DNA of 63,829 bases, the filler included, from Lenisia limosa (lineage: Eukaryota; Protista; Breviatea): assembly GCA_001655205.1 (NCBI GenBank). It is 16 parts of 16 records of this genome, joined end to end, with 100 filler letters (N's around TTAATTAATTAA, not from the genome) between each part and the next. Parts side by side here need not be neighbours in the genome. Positions count along the whole stretch, not along the records: positions 1 to 2,896 come from LPNZ01011058.1; positions 2,997 to 8,665 come from LPNZ01009127.1; positions 8,766 to 10,816 come from LPNZ01004580.1; positions 10,917 to 12,112 come from LPNZ01008540.1; positions 12,213 to 16,387 come from LPNZ01009256.1; 11 more parts are not named here. The stretch is one strand, 5' to 3'. The notes beneath the pieces are model-generated. The model was given only the letters and a program-made list of their open reading frames with translations. It ran no database searches and had not been told where the DNA came from. How positions within the stretch are numbered: the stretch's first letter is position 1; each line of letters starts with the position of its first letter. Positions 1-16,487 of the stretch are shown in pieces. A program made the translations under genes and the position numbers.

Positions 1-1266
1 AGTGACAGGAGCAGGAGATGCTGTTTTACAGTGTACCTCCGAAGGACTTCAAGGAGACGTCCTGACCTGTAATCCGCGTGGGTGGTGAATTAATACGGCT
101 TCGGGCACTATTTTAATTGAGTTATCAGCTAACAGAGTTAGTTGATTTTGGGCTTTTTTTTGTTTCATAAATTTCTAATTTTACCCCCCCCCCCCCNNNN
201 NNNNNNNNNNNNNNNNNNNNNNNNNNNNNNNNNNNNNNNNNNNNNNNNNNNNNNNNNNNNNNNNNNNNNNNNNNNNNNNNCCAGCTTGCCCAGCATCACA
301 ATATTTACTATTATTACTCCCTAGCTTGTGCGGCGCCACAAATGGCAGAAAACCTGGATACGTCCAACTGCCCATCTAAGGAATACCAACATGGTGAACA
401 GTGCCTTGTGGCCTGTCTTGATGGGTTGGTGGTGTACGGTGTGTATCAATACTACTCAGCATTCGCGGTAGGTTATCAATACTACTTGGGCTCCGTGCAA
501 TTAATTGAAAAATTATTTTCAAAATTTTGAAGTAGGACATATTGTAACGAGAACCCATTTCAGACAGTTATTATCTAATTTTGTCAATTACACGGAGCCC
601 TATTACTAACCTTTAATAAAGCAATAAGTGCCAATAGAAGCATAGGAAGAAAAGTCGAAACACCCAGAAGCTTTTCCAGTTCTTTAACAAGTTGTAAATA
701 ATGCTTATTTTGGTCAAATATGATACTACTAAAGACTGCATAACATGTACAGTGACCGGGATGTCTTGACCGATTTTTCTTGGAAATTCATATCAAATCG
801 GTCAAGACTTATCCCGGGCACTGTATGTAGTATAAAGGATTTTTTGGATTTGATTTTCACTGAAAAATCTTGATGAACACCCACTGGACCTGATAAACAC
901 TTGTTTGATGGATATTTTTTTTAAATATTTTCACTTCACCCCGTTTTATGTTGTTTTTGTTTTTTTCAGCATTTACATATATCTTCACTGTGGATGTATT
1001 GGGTCATTTCACACGAATTATTCTTGAATCATCTTACTAATTACTTGTACATATATATGTGTTAAATAAATATATATTTGGATCGGCAATAGCTTAATAT
1101 TTGACGGCAAAGAACATTCTAGAAGGGGAGGCATAGGATTTTCCCGAGAGTTTTGGGGGTTTCCATTTTTTTTACTCCCTGCACAGATACACGATCAAGT
1201 CAGGCTATGGTGAACTAGAGTGTACGGCAGGATCTTGGAGCAACTCCTTGCTCGTTTGTGAAAAAG
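1..1266 (+). CDS. Sushi/CCP-repeat protein, partial (exons <1-77, 325-424, 1187-1266)
   Basis: Phase-consistent GT-AG splicing gives VTGAGDAVLQCTSEGLQGDVLTCNP|PCAAPQMAENLDTSNCPSKEYQHGEQCLVACLDG|YTIKSGYGELECTAGSWSNSLLVCEK. The Cys spacing, C..GY and G.W...C match the CCP pattern; an extra Cys is present. Confidence 0.75.
750..823. mobile_element. Tc1/mariner-type MITE (family D)
   Basis: TA|CAGTGACCGGGAT..GTCTTGACCGATTT...AAATCGGTCAAGACTTATCCCGGGCACTG|TA; long TIR with TA flanks. Other copies at 15350-15427, 56408-56485, 48603-48666 (partial). Confidence 0.85.
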
Positions 1267-2442
1267 GTAAGGGTGGTATTCTCTTAATTTTGTTTGGAGA
1301 AACTCTGTGCTCGTTGTGGAAAATGGAGAATGAAAATGTAGTTTCTGAACAAGGTTTGATGAAGAGCACAGAGATTTCTTATTCACAATATTATGCTTAT
1401 TTCATACCTTTTATACCGTAAGGGTCCAACGACCTTCGTGTTGATAAACATCAAAGAGAAAAAGGCACTTGATTTGAAGGGATTGGTGTGGTTTTTTATG
1501 TTTCATAAAGTTATTGGGAGGAATAAATGGTGCTGTGTGAAAAAGATACTTGGATAGGCGTGACTTGGCAGGATATTTTCTAATATCAAGATATTTTGAG
1601 CCTTTTTGAAATCAAACAATTAAAAGAAGTATTAGAAACGCCTGTACCATTTTTCGGGAGATTCTATTTCACTCTCTACCCCAATCATTGATCGGAGTTT
1701 TCCATTTGCCTCACTCTCTATAGAGTCCTCCAACTCGGGCCTTTTTGGACTCAGTACTTTTCTGACCTTTGTACTAACTGCCGTTTTTGGTAAGTATCGT
1801 ACTAACTGCTGTTTTTGTAAGTACATGTATATCATAACAGATTGTTTTTTGAGTTAAGGGTAAATTTTCTATTTGGATGTGATGCGGGGCTGCAGAAGCG
1901 ACTGGCATGGGCTTTTTTTGTTTTGTTGTTATCAACCCTCGTGTAGTTTCAGCCAATAGTGTTGATTTTGAGCTTTTTTTNNNNNNNNNNNNNNNNNNNN
2001 NNNNNNNNNNNNNNNNNNNNNNNNNNNNNNNNNNNNNNNNNNNNNNNNNNNNNNNNNNNNNNNNNNNNNNNNNNNNNNNNNNNNNNNNNNNNNNNNNNNN
2101 NNNNNNNNNNNNNNNNNNNNNNNNNNNNNNNNNNNNNNNNNNNNNNNNNNNNNNNNNNNNNNNNNNNNNNNNNNNNNNNNNNNNNNNNNNNNNNNNNNNN
2201 NNNNNNNNNNNNNNNNCAGACACTTTAATTTCTAATTTTGTCAATTGATTTCCTCAAAACAATTAATTGCATGGAGCACTACTTTTCTATGATATCATAT
2301 GACTGTGTGTGTTAGAACCTACATATTTAGAATTAGGGCTTTACTTCTTATAAAAAAAAGACTAATTTACTCAATAAAGCGAAAATACCGATATTTTACT
2401 GGGTTTTATATACCAAAGTGAAGCTCTAGTTATATTGCGACA

Positions 2443-2557
2443 GGCCTGGGCTTTGTTGTTATCAACCCTCGTGTGTTGTCAGCCAACAAAGTTGATTCTG
2501 GGCTTTTTTTTTGTTCCATAAATTTTCTAATTTTACCCCCCCCCCCTTACACCACAG
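2443..2557 (+). repeat. Family A element ending at a probable acceptor
   Basis: GGCCTGGGCTTTG..ATCAACCCTCGTGTGTTGTCAGCCAACAAAGTTGATTCTGGGC-Tn-GTTCCATAAATTTTCTAATTTTAC-Cn-TTACACCACAG. Confidence 0.85.
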
Positions 2558-2655
2558 ACACAGCAAGGCCGATATCCTTCGGAGACACATCAGCGAGTGT
2601 TCCAGTTATGGCTGATCTTAGACCCCAGCTGAAGGACCTAGAGGAGGAGGAAAGG
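2558..2655 (+). CDS. Isolated exon, unknown protein
   Basis: AG acceptor after family A and GTGGGG donor; reads TARPISFGDTSASVPVMADLRPQLKDLEEEER. A minus-strand reading is also possible. Confidence 0.4.
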
Positions 2656-2809
2656 GTGGGGTATATGTAGGCCCTACGTTCCCAAAAAAAGACTGAATTT
2701 CCTGATAAATTCCCAATAAATATTGATATTTTGACTATCTTTTTCGGGCCCTTGGTATAATCCGCTTAGTCTATCATATTTTGATAAAATATACTAAAGA
2801 TAGAATATC

Positions 2810-2896
2810 GTATCACTTTTTGTATCATTTTCACATGTGTGAACTATCATTTTCCACGCAGTGATATGATACCTCATATCCACTCGTATGATAATT
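2810..2896 (+). repeat. Family E dispersed repeat
   Basis: TATCACTTTT..CATTTTCACA(C/T)GTGTGAACTATCATTTTCCAC.CAGTGAT..TACCTCATATCCACTCGTATGATAATT, also at ~10700-10785 (+) and ~27300-27365 (-). Confidence 0.75.
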
Positions 2897-2996
2897 NNNN
2901 NNNNNNNNNNNNNNNNNNNNNNNNNNNNNNNNNNNNNNNNTTAATTAATTAANNNNNNNNNNNNNNNNNNNNNNNNNNNNNNNNNNNNNNNNNNNN
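2897..2996. other. Artificial scaffold-joining linker (first of 15)
   Basis: 44 N + TTAATTAATTAA (stops in all six frames) + 44 N. The 12-mer starts at 2941, 8710, 10861, 12157, 16432, 21436, 25449, 26550, 32937, 40011, 42250, 54625, 57962, 60312, 62607. Confidence 0.98.
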
Positions 2997-3011
2997 CCCC
3001 CCCCCCCCCAG

Positions 3012-8552
<5,541 letters not shown>

Positions 8553-8791
8553 GTGAGTTGCCTTATCTAGAAGCTGCCTTATATGGAGGATAACCTTAGC
8601 TGGAGGTACCAATGGCAGTTGCCTTTTTTAAAAAAAGTTCCTTTTTTGACTATGAAATTTGTTGTNNNNNNNNNNNNNNNNNNNNNNNNNNNNNNNNNNN
8701 NNNNNNNNNTTAATTAATTAANNNNNNNNNNNNNNNNNNNNNNNNNNNNNNNNNNNNNNNNNNNNCCCCCTGCCGTGGCCTCCCCCCACAC

Positions 8792-8961
8792 CGGGTGCTC
8801 TGACGATGATTATGTCGTACTGATACCCCATGATTGGACCGGCGATATCTGACGATATTTGACCGTGGGACTTTGTTGAGTGTTTTTGATGTTATGTAGA
8901 CTTTGAGGGAACTTGCCCACCTTCATTTCCAGTGTCATTGCAATTCTGCCTCCGGAACCCC
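8792..8961 (-). CDS. Two possible small exons of an unidentified gene
   Basis: AG/GT-bounded GC-richer blocks reading GGSGGRIAMTLEMK and SHGQISSDIAGPIMGYQYDIIIVRAP; no family recognised. Confidence 0.3.
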
Positions 8962-9427
8962 CTACATATTAAACTGGGCGAGGGTAATGACTCGATCTCA
9001 GTGAACATATGAAATGAAAATGAGTAGTTTGACCTCAACTGCTCGATGACGTTCATATTCAGGAATTATATGTGATTAACATCTAAATTGTATTAAAAGG
9101 CAAGGATTGAAAGGCATAGCTCCCTCAACTGGATAGAAAATAAATAAAGAAACGATAAATAACAAACTTATACTCAACCATATTCTTATACCTGAACTAC
9201 CTACCTACATACTTATATAGTCTAGCAAAAGGGCAGTAACTCGCGGTAAGTACATATTCCCGTTGAACTATGCGGACATGAGGAGTGTAAATGCTCTGGT
9301 AAACTGTATAAACACCATCACACTTTCTGATACTGGAAAAAGTGAATAATAACCTTATGATATTCTGATAAATTTGAACTTTACTGTAACGTTATGTTGA
9401 ATAGTATCATTCCACTAAAAATCCCAC

Positions 9428-10632
9428 ATTAGTAACGTCTTTGATATCCGCACCCTTCTCAATAAGGTACTGTGCAGTTTGAAGGTCATACTCAGTAGCA
9501 TAGTAGAGGGGAGATCTTCCCTATAATATTGAGAAACTTATTTCATAAATGAAACTCACCAATACGCTGTAATGGTCATATTTACAGTGACCATGATACG
9601 TCTTGAACTATTTTATATAGAAAATCGGGCAACACTTATCCCGGTCACTATAAAGCATAGTCAAATAAAAACAGAAAATTTGCAGAGATTTTCAGAACGT
9701 ATTTTAAGGTTATTTTACAAAGCCTTTAATACGAGCGCAAGGATGACAAGTGCTATTCTATGTATGAACATTTGTTATTTCGTGTTCAAAATGCCTTTCT
9801 CACATATCTATCAGGTATTTCTAAGTCAATATCATCGCGTTCGTCAAGTAAGCACCGCGCGACATGAACTTTACCATCCCTGATGGCTAAGGTCAATGGT
9901 GTTGAGGACTAAATAAATAAATCTGAATAATATGCATTATCAGATAGCCATAAATGGAAATTTAACAAGAGGTAATACGATAATCACGCAAAATTACAAA
10001 ATAATACAACATTATTCTGGTATATGGTATGTATGAAAAGTTCACTCGCCTTTAATTTTGACTCCTCGATTTTGATCGAAAACTACTATTTCGAAATATA
10101 TGGGGGAGGTTTTACAAGACCGAGCGATTTTCTTTCAGCTTTTCATTTGGTCATTTTAATAATTTGAACATACCAAAGAGTTGGTTTTGTTAATGTCAGC
10201 ACCGTTCGTGATGAGGAACCTTACTGCATCCAATCTGTTATGTATCGTAGCAAAGAAGAGAGCAGAGTTCTTCTAATTCATAAAAAATGAATGGTCTTAT
10301 GCTATCATTGTCACAACGGATGATCATAAGAGACAACTATTTGAAAAAAAATAATAATATCTATCAAGGAAATAGTGTTTTATATTAACGTAAATTGATA
10401 ACATCCCCAAAGGAGAACAGATTGAATGGTGATTTGTTAAAGGTACCCTGTGTCCTATGTATTCATTTGTTTCCCTAGATTTCTCTTGTTCAAAAAAAAA
10501 CAAAACAGATTATAGCGAACTGCCTACAGCTGGATTATCCGCATTGTTGACGTCAGCCCCCTTCCCAATGAGGTACTTCACGATATGCAGGTGGCCTTTC
10601 CTGACGGCATGGATGAGGGGCGTGTGGTACTG
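9428..10632 (-). CDS. Ankyrin-repeat protein, partial (exons 10528-10632, 10174-10272, 9804-9908, 9428-9520)
   Basis: QYHTPLIHAVRKGHLHIVKYLIGKGADVNNADNPA; KNSALFFATIHNRLDAVRFLITNGADINKTNSL; SSTPLTLAIRDGKVHVARCLLDERDDIDLEIPDRY; GRSPLYYATEYDLQTAQYLIEKGADIKDVTN; all phase 0. Confidence 0.92.
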
Positions 10633-10916
10633 CTTTCAAGAATATTAGCCAGGGTAAAACGTTTTTTCCAAAATCCAAAATATTACCAAAGGAGAATCAT
10701 ATCACTTTTTCGGACATTTTCACACGTGTGAACTATCATTTTCCACTCAGTGATGTTTTACCTCATATCCACTCGTATGATAATTGACCGACAAGTCTTA
10801 TTGACACTCTGATACANNNNNNNNNNNNNNNNNNNNNNNNNNNNNNNNNNNNNNNNNNNNTTAATTAATTAANNNNNNNNNNNNNNNNNNNNNNNNNNNN
10901 NNNNNNNNNNNNNNNN

Positions 10917-11829
10917 AGTAACCTTGGAAACACGTGCTACCTCAATTCCGTCCTGCAGGCTCTCAGACACGTCCCGGCCTTCTACGAAATTATGATGGTG
11001 GGTGGGGGATAAATGTTATGAATGGTCACCTACACCCAAGAAACTTAATAAATGAAAAAATGAAAGTTTGAGGGATGTAGTCATATATGATTGTATATAT
11101 ATACTATATAACTGAACTCTTCAACCCTATACGGAAATTTTCAAATGAACTGAACCCATCTTCACTTTCCATATGGCAATTTCCACTTGAAATGGAAAAT
11201 GAACTGAACTCTTCACTTACCATACAAGGACCTTGAAATTCCGGAGGCGGTAGAGAGCGTCTGCGCCACAATTGAGCCAACGGCAGCGTCACCTTCCCTC
11301 CCCTCCCGCCGCCGGCCGCGGAAGTCCGAGCCGGCTGCTGGCAATTCGTCCAGGTGGGGGGGAGNNNNNNNNNNNNNNNNNNNNNNNNNNNNNNNNNNNN
11401 NNNNNNNNNNNNNNNNNNNNNNNNNNNNNNNNNNNNNNNNNNNNNNNNNNNNNNNNNNNNNNNNNNNNNNNNNNNNNNNNNNNNNNNNNNNNNNNNNNNN
11501 NNNNNNNNNNNNNNNNNNNNNNAGTTGTAAGGCAAATGACTGGGTTTACAAGCGTGATGGTGTGGACGGATTCGGCCAGATACAGCCTTGTTTTATTAAC
11601 GAGGTTTTACGAAGGTTTATCGAGGATTCAGTAATGTGAAGCTGTATACAAATTTCAAAAATGTTATGAACATGGTTGGAAATAATGAAATAGGTTCAGG
11701 CAAAACCTTGTGTGCAAATACAAAAGAGGCCGTTATTATTATTATCCTGATTTGTTTACTTTTGCAGTTCACTCGGAGCTGAAACGAGGGAAATGTTTGT
11801 GACCATGGACGAGCTTATGGCCAAGAAAG
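10917..11829 (+). CDS. Ubiquitin-specific protease (USP), partial, Cys box (exons <10917-10997, 11229-11353, 11768-11829)
   Basis: SNLGNTCYLNSVLQALRHVPAF is the USP catalytic Cys box; following exons are phase-consistent. Confidence 0.9.
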
Positions 11830-12502
11830 GTGGGAGGCTAAGGGGAGCTGGTGGTTTCTTTTTTATGTCATCGCTTCATAATCTGGTAATGAAGAAAGAG
11901 AAAAACTCAATCATAACTCATAACCCCAGGATCTGTCAACCCATAATCTGATAATGACGAGAGATTTTGATGTAATACTAACATTATATCATCATATTAT
12001 GTCTTGTTCCCAAAACAGAGAAAACTCCCATCAGAACCCATCAGAACCCCGCAGGATCAGAGTTTTTTTTTTTTTTTTTTTAAGTATTATATATGCTGCT
12101 GCACGGAAACCGNNNNNNNNNNNNNNNNNNNNNNNNNNNNNNNNNNNNNNNNNNNNTTAATTAATTAANNNNNNNNNNNNNNNNNNNNNNNNNNNNNNNN
12201 NNNNNNNNNNNNCCCAGGCCAGTCGTTCCTGCAGCACCGAAATTGGAAAATTTATGAAAAAAGAAAAGCCCAAAATCGGGAGCACCCCTTACCCCTCCCC
12301 CCCTTGGCACTAACCTATCGCTCAAATTGAAGCGGCCCCTGAAGTTGTGAGAATAATAATAATACTGTTTTTGAATTCATAGACAAAGGAGAGAAATAAT
12401 TGGGAGGGGCAAGAGAGATATATATATAGTATACTGAATAAATATGTATAGTATATGCATATGATATCATCTGATAGTATTAGTATATATTAGTAATATT
12501 AC

Positions 12503-15500
12503 ATGAGTAATGGCCAATCTTTTCCTTGTCGGAGTGACACCATAATCATGACTCATCCGGAACGATTCGTCATCTCGGTCACTGTGGGTAATATGCTGAA
12601 TATTTGAGCTTCTCCATAAGATGGTAAATTATCGATATTTATCGAGGTTTCATCGAAAATGGTCTTTTTTGGAAACAAAAGTGCATTTCTACTTTGTGTG
12701 TTCATAAATCTTTATCTTCTTTGGATTTCCTAACGTAATTTCCACCATTCTTTTGAATTATCTCAAATTTTAGTTGATGATGTTATTACCGAAACCCTTG
12801 AACCCCAACTAATCGTCGCCGCAACCAATGAGTCATCGGGCTACGACGAAGATGATGCTCCTTTGCCCTCTCCTTCAATGTTGCATCTCAGTTTGAACTG
12901 GTATTCACTGATTACACTGAAAAGGGAAGCCACTGTCCTTGTCAGGATGACATCGACCTGGAGACCCGTGTCCTGCTGACTCGTCTACAGTAAACTGGCC
13001 GGGACCTGTGACCAAATGTGGTCTCCAATTAGGCCTTCACCACCGTCAGCGGTTGGAAAGACGCTGTGGACCTTGCAACGGTGGGTGGTTGTCTGTTATT
13101 CTGCTCGTCTCAGCGGGGCCATTTGCTGGCCACAAGGCCTGTCAAGATCAGCGATGTAATCATGACCAGGGCTGCTGCTTCACTTGCTCTTGATATAATA
13201 TGTTGCTAAACCCGTTCAGGCTATTGAGACAGTGGCAGAAATGGCAACTGAACTTTTTCAGGCTTCGCTTGTTTTGATATTTTTTTGCTGGTTCACATAC
13301 AAAAGTATCACGAGGTATGTGATACTCGAAATCTCTTCTGGGCTTGCCTCTTTCGGCGCGATTCCGCCTACTCTAAAAGCAACTCACTCTCCGACTACTA
13401 AAGTCTCACAAGAACAAACGCGGCAACTGTCCGAACACTCATCCTCTCATTCCCCCACACCTGGGGCTAAGTCGAAACAAGGTTCAATGATGATTTAATT
13501 CATTAAGAGTAATAATTTGATTTTGAGTTGTGACTTAGTGGAGCTCTTCGCTCGTTTAACTTCTTGTATCGGATGGTTGTGCTCAAAAAATCACCATCAC
13601 CGATGCTGAAGGGTTTTGACATAAACGCAATTAAGTAAAACATTGTTTTCTCCTAATTATTAGCTTAAAGCTGTCTTGAATAATCTGAACAGATTTCTAC
13701 TGTTCACGTTTCTACAAAGGATGCTGTAAGGATGGAAGTTTTCCGTCTTTTGAAGAATCCTCAACGCAAAATCCGAATTATCTTTGCATCTATTATTCTG
13801 GCAACCGTATGATCAACTTAAAATGCTATCATACAACACCTTGCATGTTTTCTTGCTTCAGCTGTCGGCGGAGGGATTGACTTGTAACACTCTAGGTTTA
13901 TGGGCTTTAGGACCTCTGCAACCAAACTCCTCCAGAGTACCTTTGTTATCATTTTTTGGGGTCATTTTCTCACCCAGGAAACGAACACTTAATCACTGAA
14001 CGAAACTCTCGCCTTTCAATCCAAAATACTAAAGTGCAAGAGAAAAGTGGTTGGAGGGTAAATATATAAATGATAAAAGAAAAGAAGAATCATAAAATGA
14101 GATCAGCCTTATTCGAAAGGAAATAATGGGATAAAAGGAATAAAATGAGAAACCACAACCAACCAGGCACTTCCTTTTAATTTCTAAACTTAATATCCCC
14201 CGGCCCACTCTTAATATCCCCCTGCCCACTCTTCCACATCAACGTCTTGAAGCGGGAGCTGAACAGTAAGTGGGAAAGGGGCAAGAGACTTCTATTGTCA
14301 TAACATGTTTACTTGTAATCAACTGCGTGTTGTCAGCCAACAAAGTTGATTTGGGCTTTTTTGCAAAATAAATTTCCCAATTTTACCCTTCAGGGTTTTG
14401 TTTCTTTTTTGTTTATTAATTCAAAAGTAGTGCTCTAATANNNNNNNNNNNNNNNNNNNNNNNNNNNNNNNNNNNNNNNNNNNNNNNNNNNNNNNNNNNN
14501 NNNNNNNNNNNNNNNNNNNNNNNNNNNNNNNNNNNNNNNNNNNNNNNNNNNNNNNNNNNNNNNNNNNNNNNNNNNNNNNNNGACCCCTCCCACCATGGAC
14601 TGTATTTCGTCGACAAGGGGGCGATACACGTCATCGTTTGGTAGTATCTGCGTCCTGGGCCGGATTAATAACCACAATGTCAAAAAAAGCAAAAATACAG
14701 AACCTTTATCTTATTTTTGTTTGAAAAAAAAAAATCAACTCGGAAACTGGAATTTATTCTATTTGTTCTGAAACAATCTTTGTNNNNNNNNNNNNNNNNN
14801 NNNNNNNNNNNNNNNNNNNNNNNNNNNNNNNNNNNNNNNNNNNNNNNNNNNNNNNNNNNNNNNNNNNNNNNNNNNNNNNNNNNNNNNNNNNNNNNNNNNN
14901 NNNNNNNNNNNNNNNNNNNNNNNNNNNNNNNNNNNNNNNNNNNNNNNNNNNNTTCTTCTCTGCCTCCAAATCCTCAGTCAGACCTGTTGGGTCGGTAAAT
15001 ATCATTATCATTTAGATCTAATATATATATCATATGTACATAGGTCTTTTTGATAACCGAAAAAAACGCTCGTGGTAAATAGAGCAAGGCTCTAAATAAA
15101 TACTCCATCCCAGAAACAGACTTGAAACTCTCTGGGCGATATGCCGACGGTAGAGGATCGGTTGTGAGTTCAAACTGCAACATGTAAAGAATGCAAATAA
15201 TGGTGATGTGGTGAGGGGTGGGGGTATGGGAAATGGGAATGTCAGAGTTTTATGCAGAACACAAAAATCTTTCTGCACTAGAGCTTCACTTTTGATAATT
15301 TACAGAGAACCGAGGTGACGCACACATAATATTAAATTCAGGACACATACAGTGACTGGGATAAGTCTTGACCGATTTTCCTTGGGAAACCACATTGCAA
15401 ATCGGTCAAGACTTATCCCGGTCACTGTATGCATGATATCATAAATATCATATATATAATACCAAGTCTCCCCAACAAGAGGCGTCGAGGGATGAAGACT

Positions 15501-16387
15501 AGGCCGAATGACAGGAGCAAGATCAGTAAGATCAGCCCGTAGGCGGTGCTGCAAGAAACAAAGAACCCGACAAGGTCATTTCTGGGGGGAGTGAAATTGG
15601 AAAATTTATGAAACAAAAGCCCAAAAATTATGTTGACATTACACAAGGGTTGAAAACAACTGAATAAACAGGCCAGTCGCTTCTGAACTAATACCCCTCC
15701 CAATAAACAGTTTGATGCCCTCCATCCCCCCCAACAGTTCAATGCCATTTGAGAGGCCGAGATAAGCCAAGAAAAGAACCATTATTCCACCTGGGGGGGG
15801 GGGGTAAATTGGANNNNNNNNNNNNNNNNNNNNNNNNNNNNNNNNNNNNNNNNNNNNNNNNNNNNNNNNNNNNNNNNNNNNNNNNNNNNNNNNNNNNNNN
15901 NNNNNNNNNNNNNNNNNNNNNNNNNNNAAACAAACAACGCCCAAGCCAGTCGCTTGGTCAAATCCTTGACGACATTGAATTGGTATTATTTCATCTTTTC
16001 TATGGATGATTTTCTTTGTATGGAGTCCTTAGTTTCAATAGAAACTTTACTGCAAAAAAGAGTCTCAATGATGAGCGGAGATAGCACCAGGGTAAACCCA
16101 GTGTGTATCATTGAGACTGTGGATGTGAGTTATCTTATCTACAGTAAAAAGAGTTGCATATAACCCCCGTCCAACCAACAATGCCAAAGTATGTAGAGGG
16201 AAATGAAAAAAATGATTTTATCTGGCCGAAGCCGTCTAAATCATTTGCCTTATAACACTGTGTGTACAGCTTTCTGCGAGCCTCCACAGCATACCGACAA
16301 TGCCATAGTACACGGAGTTTATTTTTAGGGCGTCCTGGAAGCGCTGTCCAGTAGTGAATTCTCCGCTAACAGCCATTGACTGTTGCA
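12503..16387 (-). CDS. LMBRD2: LMBR1-domain protein 2-like, partial (exons >16387-16295, 15790-15736, 15581-15477, 15174-15122/15104, 14983-<14953, 14654-14594, 14258-14230, 12581-12503)
   Basis: QQSMAVSGEFTTGQRFQDALKINSVYYGIVG; LNDLVGFFVSCSTAYGLILLILLLSFGLVFIPRRL; QILPNDDVYRPLVDEIQSM resemble remembered LMBRD2 motifs ([42 protein letters not shown]). Confidence 0.82.
12770..14000. pseudogene. Decayed coding-like insertion inside an LMBRD2 intron
   Basis: GC-richer tract lacking the usual intronic repeats, with broken 60-90 codon frames; no family recognised. Confidence 0.3.
15582..15690 (-). repeat. Family A element forming an LMBRD2 acceptor
   Basis: Minus strand ...CATAATTTTTGGGCTTTTGTTTCATAAATTTTCCAATTTCACTCCCCCCAG|AAATGACCTT; the exon frame continues the LMBRD2 similarity exactly from this AG. 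Confidence 0.9.
16205..16294 (-). repeat. Family C element starting at a donor site
   Basis: Intron begins GTATGCTGTGGAGGCTCGCAGAAAGCTG..TAAGGCAAATGATTTAGACGGCTTCGGCCAGATA. Other copies at ~11523-11600, 25505-25612, 33125-33175, 34327-34465, 46985-47092, 53590-53650, 54770-54815, 58905-58932, 61768-61795, 62822-62967. Confidence 0.85.
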
Positions 16388-16487
16388 NNNNNNNNNNNNN
16401 NNNNNNNNNNNNNNNNNNNNNNNNNNNNNNNTTAATTAATTAANNNNNNNNNNNNNNNNNNNNNNNNNNNNNNNNNNNNNNNNNNNN

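Noticed and set aside
1636-1789. Transmembrane or C-terminal exon of the sushi gene
   Set aside because: The phase-compatible frame stops after 18 codons, and the hydrophobic frame lacks a compatible acceptor.
2551-2638. Minus-strand reading SFSWGLRSAITGTLADVSPKDIGLAVSVV as an MFS transporter exon
   Set aside because: It has valid AG/GT ends, but the + reading fits the family A acceptor and GTGGG donor pattern; unresolved, so MFS is not called.
15639-15735. Exonised family A sequence in LMBRD2 (SEATGLFIQLFSTL)
   Set aside because: Read-through ends in a stop, and normal splicing from 15736 to 15581 gives the better LMBRD2 match.
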